Source: an uncultured virus (IMG/VR IMGVR_UViG_3300008012_000024) (lineage: Duplodnaviria; Heunggongvirae; Uroviricota; Caudoviricetes). From it: a stretch of 64,000 nt of DNA. The translations under genes were made by a program, and so were the position numbers. The notes beneath the pieces were generated by a model. It was not told the origin of the DNA. It made no database searches and saw nothing but the letters and a program-made list of their open reading frames with translations. Where the stretch lies: the IMG/VR virus record IMGVR_UViG_3300008012_000024, positions 1 through 64,000 of that record. One strand, 5' to 3'. Of this stretch, positions 1 to 9,204 are shown one piece after another. How positions within the stretch are numbered: the stretch's first letter is position 1; each line of letters begins with the position of its first letter.

Positions 1-101
1 GAACCACCCCGAATATCCAAAGGGAGTTATTTCCCAACTACAGGGTTTCGGTATATCCGAACCGCTGGGCACCTTTGGTTGGAACGTCTCAAGTCCTCGC
101 T
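1..101 (-). ncRNA. 5' part of a structured non-coding RNA, probably the cyanophage manA RNA motif (runs off window start)
   Basis: Begins just downstream of a perfect TTGACA-N17-TATAAT promoter, no ORF; CCAAAGG (72-78) pairs with CCUUUGG (17-23) enclosing UUCGG/CCGAA and AGUU/AACU hairpins; CCCUUUGGAUAUUCG resembles manA from memory. Confidence 0.5.
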
Positions 102-107
102 GTAGTA

Positions 108-136
108 ATTATAAGGTAAGAGTCGTGATTTGTCAA
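108..136 (-). promoter_or_regulatory. sigma70-type promoter TTGACA-N17-TATAAT
   Basis: tgtcaa at 131-136 and attata at 108-113 on + strand, 17-nt spacer. Confidence 0.85.
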
Positions 137-306
137 GGTGCTTCGTGGTTGTCTTCGATGTACATCTTCAATAAATCGTCATTAGCAGGCATCATCACAG
201 CTTTATCACCCTTTTGATTGACTATACCTATCGTTTCTCCATTTTCAACTCTTTCAAATAATTCATCAAAGTTTTCTTCCCATTCTTGCACTGTAAAAAA
301 TTTCAT
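133..306 (-). CDS. 57-aa Phd/YefM antitoxin-like protein (not in ORF track)
   Basis: Manual translation MKFFTVQEWEENFDELFERVENGETIGIVNQKGDKAVMMPANDDLLKMYIEDNHEAP; Phd-like pattern; ATAAATA late-promoter-like motif just upstream. Confidence 0.65.
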   Translation of the reverse strand: MKFFTVQEWEENFDELFERVENGETIGIVNQKGDKAVMMPANDDLLKMYIEDNHEAP

Positions 307-320
307 AGTTGCATTATTTA

Positions 321-515
321 TCAGGTAGTTGCAAGCTCTGCATATTCAATTTGATCCTCATCAAGATTGGCAGTAACAACTTCAAGAACATTCATAAACT
401 GATCAACAGTTTCACATTCAACAAATTTTTCATCCCCCTGATCACTCAAAAGAAGGAATGAACGAGAGCAAATGTCAATCACAATACCTTCAACGTACTC
501 AGCAGTGTTGTTCAT
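321..515 (-). CDS. conserved cyanophage hypothetical protein (64 aa, start at MNNTAE)
   Basis: ORF track 321..542; ATG at 515 preferred because the promoter -10 lies at 545-550. Confidence 0.7.
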   Translation of the reverse strand: MNNTAEYVEGIVIDICSRSFLLLSDQGDEKFVECETVDQFMNVLEVVTANLDEDQIEYAELATT

Positions 516-544
516 GATGGGGGGGTTCCCTTGATTACCCACGT

Positions 545-573
545 ATTATAGAGCATCTTGATATGAGTGTCAA
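545..573 (-). promoter_or_regulatory. sigma70-type promoter TTGACA-N17-TATAAT
   Basis: tgtcaa 568-573, attata 545-550, 17-nt spacer. Confidence 0.85.
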
Positions 574-586
574 TTGTGCCAGTTGA

Positions 587-2161
587 TCAAGTGTACCCAT
601 ACTTCTCTTTGTTGGCGTTGAAATTCTTCTCAACTTCATTTTTGGTAAGTGCCTTTGAATACAATCTGACGAGAGATATTTTTCCTGGAAATACATTTTG
701 AATATATGTAGAGGAAGAAAATCCAATACGTAAAGGTTCATCTGTATCAATTATATTTAAAGTGGCATTTCTATCACTAGTATCTAAACTTCCATTTATG
801 TAAATTGATGATCCTTTTCCTTGTTCTTTGACGGAAACAATATGATACCAAGTATTTAAATTAATTTTTGAGCTATCTAAACTATCATCTCCTCTAGATC
901 CAAAATTAACTTTTACATCATCACCAGATTTGTAAATTTGCATTCCATAACCAGCAGTAGAGGCAACGCCCACAATACTTGCACCTCCACCATTAATATC
1001 TGAAGTTAATCCAGTATCTGCAGTTAGATATATCCAAGATTCCATGCTAAAAGAAGTATCACCTATAGCAATTTTAGAATCGTTGCCAACATAATTTTTC
1101 CTAGATTCTAAAAATTTAGTGTTATAATTATATTGATTAAACCATAAACTTCCCCTTTCTTCTGTGTCATCAAACGTTGGATTGATATCTGAAATTATAA
1201 GATTAGTTCCGTCAGATCCTAAATTTTCAACCCCAACTATGCTATTAATTCCAGTTTTAGTGTCTAGAGAAACATTTATTGAGTATTTTCTAGATGCGTC
1301 AACATAGAAAAATAAATTATCTAAAGTAATATTTTCAGTAATATTATTAAAATTACTGATAGTAGTTTTTAAGTCATTGATTTCTTGAGATGTATCATTA
1401 ATTGTATTAGTAGTCCATTCCTCAAATTGTTGTTCATTCAAAGAATTTTTAACAGTATTTACTGCTGATATTTGAGTATCTCTTTGTAATCTTAAAGATT
1501 GAATTTCCGAAGATAATGTGATTATAGAATTTGCATATCCAACACAATCTCCAACAGATGGAGATGTTAAATTTGTAAAATTTCCAATTGAAGATCCACT
1601 ATTTTGTTGAGATTCTGTTTCATACCCATACCCAAATAAATTTTCTTCCAATTCTTCTGATGTTGATTCAAATAAATTATCTATACCAAAATTTTCTATA
1701 TTTAAATATCTGGAAATGGTAAGTTTGTCATTATAAATTGTAGATCCCAATCCAACTGAAGCCCCTTCAATAATTAGTGGTGAAGAATCTGTTGAATAAT
1801 CTTCTATTGTACATCCTTCACTAACTGCATTATTAAAAATTGACAGTATTTCTTGCTTTTTCTGATTTATTTGTGTATTATAATCATTTATAATTTTATC
1901 GTATGCTTTAGCAATTTCTCTATAATTATTAGTTAATTCTTTACTTCTTTCTAACTCCTTATTTTTTATCTGTAAAGGAGTTTCAAAAATCTCGTAGACT
2001 CTTTTCTCTCTTGTCCAACTACCGTCTGGATTTTGAGTAACTAAGTACTCTATTTTTGCTGGTGTACTAGGTTCTGGATCATCACCACGCGATTCTACCT
2101 CTTTCAATGATTCTGAAAGATTAGAAATAACTCTTCTAATGTGAAAATCTTCTTCTGCCAT
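587..2161 (-). CDS. virion structural protein, coiled-coil N-terminus and C-terminal LamG/concanavalin-like domain
   Basis: FSMESWIY...NTWYHIVSV...IYING...GKISLVRLYSKALT LamG pattern. Confidence 0.75.
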   Translation of the reverse strand: MAEEDFHIRRVISNLSESLKEVESRGDDPEPSTPAKIEYLVTQNPDGSWTREKRVYEIFETPLQIKNKELERSKELTNNYREIAKAYDKIINDYNTQINQKKQEILSIFNNAVSEGCTIEDYSTDSSPLIIEGASVGLGSTIYNDKLTISRYLNIENFGIDNLFESTSEELEENLFGYGYETESQQNSGSSIGNFTNLTSPSVGDCVGYANSIITLSSEIQSLRLQRDTQISAVNTVKNSLNEQQFEEWTTNTINDTSQEINDLKTTISNFNNITENITLDNLFFYVDASRKYSINVSLDTKTGINSIVGVENLGSDGTNLIISDINPTFDDTEERGSLWFNQYNYNTKFLESRKNYVGNDSKIAIGDTSFSMESWIYLTADTGLTSDINGGGASIVGVASTAGYGMQIYKSGDDVKVNFGSRGDDSLDSSKINLNTWYHIVSVKEQGKGSSIYINGSLDTSDRNATLNIIDTDEPLRIGFSSSTYIQNVFPGKISLVRLYSKALTKNEVEKNFNANKEKYGYT

Positions 2162-2187
2162 TTTTATTTTACTTTATATAATATGTA

Positions 2188-3555
2188 TTAATGATATATG
2201 ATCTTATCATATGATAAAGCATAATATGATTGACCCACTGGTGGAGTAGATATGGCACCCCAATCAGTTCTAGTTCCTATTTGTTGTGGAGTATCAACAG
2301 ATGTTGGTGGATTCTGTCCACTTATACCCAAATAATTTCCGTCATTTCTTCCCCACGCCCATAAAGTACCATCAGTTTTTATTGCTAGAGTACTGTGCTC
2401 ACCACAAGAAATATATCTCCAATTTGATTCGTTACCAACTTTTTGAGGTCTATTATATTTTAGAGTATTTCCTAAACCAAGTTGACCATATGTATTTTGT
2501 CCCCACATCCATAATGTTCCATTATCTTTTATTGCTCCCTGAAAATAACGTCCTGCAGAACAACGTTTCCAATCATCCTCAGTATTAGAAGAACCACCCG
2601 TACTTATTCTCAGTGCTGGATAAAAATCTGCTGGACTGTTGACAGGATCTGGTGTAAAGGCATCTCCAAGACCGTCGTCCGATCTATTATCACCCATCCA
2701 ATACATTGTACCATTCCCAGCAATAATTCCTGTAGAAGTAGGTCCAGTTGATAAATCTCTTGGATATCTGGGACGATCTAGAGCGATATAGTTGGAACCA
2801 GAACCAGATGCATCAATGTCAAAAAACGTTGAATTGAAACTACCAGCACCATCTCTACCAATAATATGGTTAGTAGTACCATAATTCATATGCAAACTAT
2901 AAACTCTACCATCAATATCAATCTCCTCATCATTATCTTCATCAGATTGGGTTGATCCTATGGCTAAGATGAAAATGTTATACCACCCAGCCCAAACTTT
3001 TCTAGCAACATATTCATCTGGGAGATTATTCCAGAAACTGCTTTGCAAAAGAGTTGGATATGTAATCGGAGTAGCACCAGAACTCGTCTTTCCCCACATA
3101 TATAAAGATCCATCCTGTTTAAGACCAACCATATGTTCATGTCCACATGCAAAGTCATACCATTTATGACCACTAACTAGACGCGGATAATCATATGAAT
3201 TGATCTGCCCATCACCAAAAATACCAGCTTTCCCATCACCCCAAACATATAAATCACCACTCATCGTTAAACCAGCAGCGAAACCATCTCCACTATCAAC
3301 TTTTCTAAAATCACCAAAATTGTAAAAAGTTGGTTCTGGTGATGTTTTTGAATTTGGAGAATTTGCATCACCAAGTTCACCATTATCATTTTTTCCCCAA
3401 GATTCTATAACACCAGTAGTAAAAAATTCTTTTGGTACAAATACATCATCCATTCGTGTAACCATAAATGGATTAGTGGTACTAAATCCAGTAACAAGAT
3501 TTATCTGTCCATATTTGTTATTAAAAGGAAACCCTATATTATAATTAGTTGCCAT
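2188..3555 (-). CDS. RCC1-repeat beta-propeller protein
   Basis: Repeated aIKxDGTLWxWGxNxxGQLG motifs. Confidence 0.85.
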   Translation of the reverse strand: MATNYNIGFPFNNKYGQINLVTGFSTTNPFMVTRMDDVFVPKEFFTTGVIESWGKNDNGELGDANSPNSKTSPEPTFYNFGDFRKVDSGDGFAAGLTMSGDLYVWGDGKAGIFGDGQINSYDYPRLVSGHKWYDFACGHEHMVGLKQDGSLYMWGKTSSGATPITYPTLLQSSFWNNLPDEYVARKVWAGWYNIFILAIGSTQSDEDNDEEIDIDGRVYSLHMNYGTTNHIIGRDGAGSFNSTFFDIDASGSGSNYIALDRPRYPRDLSTGPTSTGIIAGNGTMYWMGDNRSDDGLGDAFTPDPVNSPADFYPALRISTGGSSNTEDDWKRCSAGRYFQGAIKDNGTLWMWGQNTYGQLGLGNTLKYNRPQKVGNESNWRYISCGEHSTLAIKTDGTLWAWGRNDGNYLGISGQNPPTSVDTPQQIGTRTDWGAISTPPVGQSYYALSYDKIIYH

Positions 3556-3556
3556 T

Positions 3557-5005
3557 TTAAATATATTGTGTAGATTTTATTCCTATACATCCATAATCTT
3601 GTGCTCTTACTTGTTTCCAATTAGAATATTGTGTCTCTACATTATAGTTTAATAAAGTTGGCTGAAATCTCCAACTATAAGAAGTATATTCAAGTTGACG
3701 ATCTTGGTTGTTGCCATAACCATACAAACGTCCATCTGCACCTATAAGTATAGTAAAGTATATTCCACATGAAACAAATCTATAAGGTCCACCTGAAACC
3801 TGTAAAATACCTCCAGCAGTAGATCCCGAATTTATAGGTGCTGGTCCTATTCGATTATTTAATATAAGACCTGAAGAAATAAAATTAAAATCTAAAGGTT
3901 GACCAAACATGGAATCTTGATAATCATCATTTCTCCAGAAACCACCAGTCCATAGAGTTCCATCATTTCTTATGGCAGCCCAATGTGAAGAAGAAATATC
4001 ACAATGAATGTATCTTCTCCCAAAATCACCCCATGTTTGTCTTAATTCTATTGGATAAGTACTATTGAACATATTTCCACATCCATATAATCTACCATCT
4101 TCCTTTATTCCAATCCATTCATTTGTACCACATTGAACATATCTCCATTTATCTTCAAATGCTGATATATTTGGATTACCATAAACTCTTTTCATATATC
4201 CACCAGAATCTTGAGTACTAAAATTACCAAGTTGACCATAATTATTTCTTCCTGAACCGTACAAATAACCTTCTTGATCTATATACATGGCAAAATTAAA
4301 TCCAACAGAAACATATCTCCATTTTGTATTGAGTATAGATCCAGAAGTGACCATTGATGTAATATCCGTTGGAGGCACAAAAGTCCGTCCCCAATCGGTA
4401 ATATCAGGGTTGTTGGTATCTGCACCAGTACCAGCAAGACCATATACATTTCGTCCCCATGCCCATAGACTACCATCTCTTTTAATTGCTGCTACAAAGT
4501 TTGTACCAGGTGCACAATGTATCCAATCAGTACTGGTTGTAACTTGGTAAGGTGCGCCTTCATCAAAAGTCTGGCGGTATGTGTTTGATGCATATGGTTG
4601 TCCAAGTTCACCAGAACCATTCTGTCCAGACATCCATAAAGTACCATCACTTGCTAAAAAAGATGTATTCCGAAAAGCATAATTACTATTATTCTGGTAA
4701 GTTGGATTATTTCTAATATCTACAATTTCTTTTCTATAAAAAGCACTGCCATAAGTTGGTGGATCATTCCATCCAGCAGATTCATTTTGAAGATAATTAA
4801 GTCTCACTAAATCGTAAGTAGTACTGTTTTTTGGTATTAGGCTAGTAATTGAAAAATTTGCACCCCACCAGTATGCATCTGATCTTGTTCTATCATCAAT
4901 CAAACTTCGATATGTGGTTGTGAGATAATCTCTACTAACCAAAATACTTCCTAAATCAGACTCTCTTATGTGAAAATTTGTGGGAATTGAAGTTGATATA
5001 GGCAT
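3557..5005 (-). CDS. RCC1-repeat beta-propeller protein
   Basis: AAIKRDGSLWAWGRN, GRNNYGQLG and related repeats. Confidence 0.85.
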   Translation of the reverse strand: MPISTSIPTNFHIRESDLGSILVSRDYLTTTYRSLIDDRTRSDAYWWGANFSITSLIPKNSTTYDLVRLNYLQNESAGWNDPPTYGSAFYRKEIVDIRNNPTYQNNSNYAFRNTSFLASDGTLWMSGQNGSGELGQPYASNTYRQTFDEGAPYQVTTSTDWIHCAPGTNFVAAIKRDGSLWAWGRNVYGLAGTGADTNNPDITDWGRTFVPPTDITSMVTSGSILNTKWRYVSVGFNFAMYIDQEGYLYGSGRNNYGQLGNFSTQDSGGYMKRVYGNPNISAFEDKWRYVQCGTNEWIGIKEDGRLYGCGNMFNSTYPIELRQTWGDFGRRYIHCDISSSHWAAIRNDGTLWTGGFWRNDDYQDSMFGQPLDFNFISSGLILNNRIGPAPINSGSTAGGILQVSGGPYRFVSCGIYFTILIGADGRLYGYGNNQDRQLEYTSYSWRFQPTLLNYNVETQYSNWKQVRAQDYGCIGIKSTQYI

Positions 5006-5008
5006 AAT

Positions 5009-5695
5009 TTAACTAGTTGTAGTAGAAGATTCGACAGCAGCACTATCACCAGTGTTTGTATATGATACATCAAATTCTGGCATTGATAATAATGCCTCAC
5101 AATCACCACAAGCATCTATTTCGTTATGCTTTGTATATTCCCAATCAAATTGCTCTTGTACATAATCATCTATTTCATCTATAATAGTCTGCATTTCAGT
5201 AGAATTTAATTCTATCCATGTATTTTGAAACTTAAATCTTCTTCTAACATCTGTACTCATAGCACGAATCTTTGATGCTAATTGAGATCTATTTTCCCTC
5301 ATAGTTGAAACTGTTATTTCAATATCATTAATTGTTACTGTAATATTTCCATTATTTTCTTTATGCCATCTATCGTTAGTTATTTTTTCTTTATATCGTT
5401 GCTTAAGTTTTTCTAAAGGTATTGGAAGTATTTCATAAAAATATGTTAATCGATCTTCTCCAATCTCCCACCTAATCATATTTGGATATTCTGTTTTTCT
5501 ATTATGATGTGGGATATTATTAACGACTGGTAAAATTTTTAATTGATCATTAAAATTAATAGGAACATTCATATAATCTAATGGTCCTACATTATAATCT
5601 AAATTTAGATCATCCTTTATAGTTGAATTTATTAAACGATAGTTGAATCCAATAGGTCCTAATAATATGAAGGATCCGTTTACTAAGGCATACAT
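5009..5695 (-). CDS. DUF4376-like tail-fibre-associated protein (start at MYALVNG)
   Basis: K...I...RWHKENNG...YVQEQFDWE...I pattern; ATG at 5695 abuts upstream stop. Confidence 0.6.
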   Translation of the reverse strand: MYALVNGSFILLGPIGFNYRLINSTIKDDLNLDYNVGPLDYMNVPINFNDQLKILPVVNNIPHHNRKTEYPNMIRWEIGEDRLTYFYEILPIPLEKLKQRYKEKITNDRWHKENNGNITVTINDIEITVSTMRENRSQLASKIRAMSTDVRRRFKFQNTWIELNSTEMQTIIDEIDDYVQEQFDWEYTKHNEIDACGDCEALLSMPEFDVSYTNTGDSAAVESSTTTS

Positions 5696-5699
5696 TTTT

Positions 5700-8600
5700 T
5701 TATCCGTAAGTAACGTAATATTCTGGTGCAGACCCAGAGGTAACAAAGGCGGTATGTCTAAATCCAGCAGAAATCATTTTTACACTTGCTTTATGTCTAA
5801 ATGAATTACCAGCATTAGGTTCCATTAAATGTGGAAACTCAATCCTATTGGTATTTATTGTCGATTTTTGCCCCAATTGTCTATTTGAATTATCACCCCA
5901 CGACCAAGCAGATCCGTTAAATTTTACTGCTGCAGTATGTGTCTCACCACAAGAAACACCTTTCCATTGCCCAATATCAAGTTCATAATTTCCAGAAACG
6001 AATGTATTAGAAACTAATGTTGGAGAACTTCTAGAATTTTGATTATTTAAACCTAATTGCCCATCATCATTTCTTCCCCACAGATATAAAGATCCATCAT
6101 CTTTAATTGCAGCACTATGATATCCACCAGCAGAAATTGACTTCCAATGGTTATTAGTTCCCACTTGCTGCGGTGTATCATAATATTGTTGCACATCGTT
6201 ACCAATACCCAATATTCCTTCTCTACCAGAAACATTACCATTAGTAAGATAATTTCCACCCCATGCCCACAATGTTCCATCCTTTTTAAGTGCTAATGTA
6301 TGATTTCTTCCTGCTGATACTGTTAACCAATCTTCATCAGTTCCAACTTGAGTAAAGGTGTTTCTATCTGAAGTATCACCCAATCCAAGTTGCCCATAAG
6401 TATTGTTCCCAGTAGCCCAAAGAGTGCCATTATCTTTAATTGCCATAGTATGAAATCCTTTCCCAGAAACTTGAACCCAATCAACATCAAAATTAACAGG
6501 TGTTGGTGTGGATGTAGAAGTATTACTTCCATTACCTAATTGTCCAGCCCCATTAGCACCCCAAGTATATAAAATCTTTTGTGTAGATATCAATGCAGAA
6601 TGTTGTAATCCAGCAGATATAATTTTTATACGAGTAAATTGAGTACCTAAAGCTGTTGAGTTTGGTACAGTAATAGCACCACCAGCATTACCATCACCCA
6701 ACTGCCCATCACTGTCTGCTCCCCAACTATACAAAACTCCTTCTCTAGTTACTGCTAGTGTGTGATATCCTCCACATTTAACATCTTTCCAACTATCCTT
6801 TGCTTGAGTATTAACATCATAATGATAATAAAATGATCCAAAATCAGTTGTAGATGATCCATTACCTAATTGCCCCAAAGCATTATCACCAGTAGTAACT
6901 AATCTATCACCAATATATTGATCTATAAACCATTTTTCAGTAATAAAGTGATCTGTTAATTCTCCTTCATCCGAGTAATAATTTTGTGCATCAGGTACTG
7001 AACCTGCAAGTGGAGCGTTCCAGAGTATTGTTGGTGAACCACCCTCTATAGAATGAAGATCGGTAAAATTTTGATCATCATATTGTGTAGACTCAGAACC
7101 ACTGTAAAACTGAATAGATGATTGTGTTCCAACATTATTTGAAATATACAAAAGAACACTTGAATAATTCCATCCTCTATTTTGTTCCAGTACAGTTGCA
7201 ATTAAACCAGCTGCTAGTGGACATGCTGAACTACTACCAGTAAATGAATTATCATATGAAATTTCAGAAAGATTATTCCCATCATAAGAATAAGCTGTAC
7301 CAGGATGCCTTTCATATAAAAAAGAATAACCACTAATAGCACCATCCTGTGCTGTTGCTGCAATAGTTAATTCACCTGGTGCATATGCGTCTACCGCATT
7401 TCCCATATTACTATAGTATACTTTTCTTTCTCTACCTTCATTATCATAGTTAGAATCTAAAGCTCCAATACAAATTGTTCTGTAAGTAACACTACCATCA
7501 TTATTGTTCACTTTTCCTATCTGTCCAGGAAACCCTTTTCTATTAACAGTAAGAGTATAATTACGCCCCCCATATTGTGCAATAGATTGAGCCAATGTTT
7601 GATTTGCAGTTGGGTAGATGTAATTATTATAATCTGGGTGTTCTGATTTCACCATTTTTTGATTTTCATTCCCTGAAGCATGTACAAAGATTACTCCAGA
7701 ATCAATAAGTTCTTCACCTGCTTGAGATTCAGAATTATCTACCATTTCACATTGAAAAAGAGTATTTGGTTCTGTGAAATGGGTTAGAAATCTGGGACTT
7801 GCTCCCCAATCTACACTTCCTGATCCATCATCAATATCATATTGTTGTCCTCCACCACCCAAAGTTCCCGATCTAAAATAATAATAACCAGTAAGCAGTG
7901 CTGATAATGGAAGTCTAAAACCCCAACTATTGCTGGAAACGGTTGGATTTTTTGAATCATCAGATGTTCTATTTGGTTTATATAAATGAAATAATTTCAA
8001 CATATCAAAATAATTTTCAAATCCAAGACCATAGGTACTATACACATCTACATACCACTTATTTGCATTATATGCCCATCCATGCCATTTACCATATGCT
8101 TGTGATGCACAAGATGTGCCATGAGATGCACTACTAGGAATTTGGGGTACATTTCTATTTTGAAATGTACCATTACAATTAGCTCTCGTATATGAGGATG
8201 GAATTGAAATAACTGCTCCCCCTAAAATTGTAGTACTACTTCTACTGTTAACATTTCCCCACCACGATTTTGCGACTTGTTCTACGGGTACAGTAGTTCC
8301 ATCCCATCTAGTCTCTAATCTATTATTAGGATCAGCTTCAAAATAAGTTGGATCTAGATAATATGGTGCTTCCAAAACTAAGTCTAATAATTGACATGAT
8401 CCATTACTAGCACTTGCAGAAAAATTACTGTTTAAGACATTACCACCATCCCAATCATATGGTCCATATGGCCAATAACCTTGAGGTACTGGTGTCGATT
8501 GAAATGTACGAAAGTCTTGGAATTCTGCATGACCAAACCAACATTGATTATCACCAACTACGAGATCAACGTCTCTACCAGTTCCATTATTTTCGTTTAT

Positions 8601-9203
8601 TTGGTTGTTTTGATGTGAATTTGTAGAATAATTTGATATATTACCAAAATTTGATGCCGTGGCAAATGTAATACCCTTAGATTCATTTATCCAAGGATCC
8701 TCTTTCTGAGACATCCTGTACAATTGATATCCAGTTCTTCCAGTGTCCTCACCTATATTAGTTCTAGATGACAATTGACCATACAACCAAGTAGTATCTC
8801 CTCTATAATGCTTTGCACCGTGATTCCATCTGTAAGAAAATTCCACATTTTTGGGATTTACCAAATATGTTCCTCTATAAAACTGCGTATCAACATTGAC
8901 ATATTTTACTCTAGGATGTTCTTTTAGTGCTATAGCTTCCGAATCAGTTAATAAGTAAATAGCTCTTGTTTCACTGTGGAGTTTTTGATCAACACAATCA
9001 CAACAATCTGATGGAATATTATCATCTAAACTTCCATCTCTCATCAATTCTTCATGAATATATTGCCAATCTTCTGGTGTATAACATCCAATACAATACC
9101 TTTTTTTAACATCACCTTCAGGTTCTTTTTCTAAAGTATTTTTATAATTTAAAAAATCTTCATCGTCCTCAATGTGAGGTATTTTTAAGATATCATTATT
9201 CAT
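5700..9203 (-). CDS. subtilisin-like S8 protease fused to C-terminal RCC1 propeller
   Basis: Triad motifs DVDLVVGD, HGTSCASQAYG, FTGSSSACP, oxyanion ASGNE; about 7 RCC1 repeats after residue ~770. Confidence 0.85.
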   Translation of the reverse strand: MNNDILKIPHIEDDEDFLNYKNTLEKEPEGDVKKRYCIGCYTPEDWQYIHEELMRDGSLDDNIPSDCCDCVDQKLHSETRAIYLLTDSEAIALKEHPRVKYVNVDTQFYRGTYLVNPKNVEFSYRWNHGAKHYRGDTTWLYGQLSSRTNIGEDTGRTGYQLYRMSQKEDPWINESKGITFATASNFGNISNYSTNSHQNNQINENNGTGRDVDLVVGDNQCWFGHAEFQDFRTFQSTPVPQGYWPYGPYDWDGGNVLNSNFSASASNGSCQLLDLVLEAPYYLDPTYFEADPNNRLETRWDGTTVPVEQVAKSWWGNVNSRSSTTILGGAVISIPSSYTRANCNGTFQNRNVPQIPSSASHGTSCASQAYGKWHGWAYNANKWYVDVYSTYGLGFENYFDMLKLFHLYKPNRTSDDSKNPTVSSNSWGFRLPLSALLTGYYYFRSGTLGGGGQQYDIDDGSGSVDWGASPRFLTHFTEPNTLFQCEMVDNSESQAGEELIDSGVIFVHASGNENQKMVKSEHPDYNNYIYPTANQTLAQSIAQYGGRNYTLTVNRKGFPGQIGKVNNNDGSVTYRTICIGALDSNYDNEGRERKVYYSNMGNAVDAYAPGELTIAATAQDGAISGYSFLYERHPGTAYSYDGNNLSEISYDNSFTGSSSACPLAAGLIATVLEQNRGWNYSSVLLYISNNVGTQSSIQFYSGSESTQYDDQNFTDLHSIEGGSPTILWNAPLAGSVPDAQNYYSDEGELTDHFITEKWFIDQYIGDRLVTTGDNALGQLGNGSSTTDFGSFYYHYDVNTQAKDSWKDVKCGGYHTLAVTREGVLYSWGADSDGQLGDGNAGGAITVPNSTALGTQFTRIKIISAGLQHSALISTQKILYTWGANGAGQLGNGSNTSTSTPTPVNFDVDWVQVSGKGFHTMAIKDNGTLWATGNNTYGQLGLGDTSDRNTFTQVGTDEDWLTVSAGRNHTLALKKDGTLWAWGGNYLTNGNVSGREGILGIGNDVQQYYDTPQQVGTNNHWKSISAGGYHSAAIKDDGSLYLWGRNDDGQLGLNNQNSRSSPTLVSNTFVSGNYELDIGQWKGVSCGETHTAAVKFNGSAWSWGDNSNRQLGQKSTINTNRIEFPHLMEPNAGNSFRHKASVKMISAGFRHTAFVTSGSAPEYYVTYG

Positions 9204-9204
9204 A

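Noticed and set aside
1..101. tRNA gene
   Set aside because: No cloverleaf or T-loop GTTCRA in the right context within the window
2188..9203. Diversity-generating retroelement targeting RCC1 or fibre genes
   Set aside because: No reverse transcriptase and no template/variable repeat pair seen
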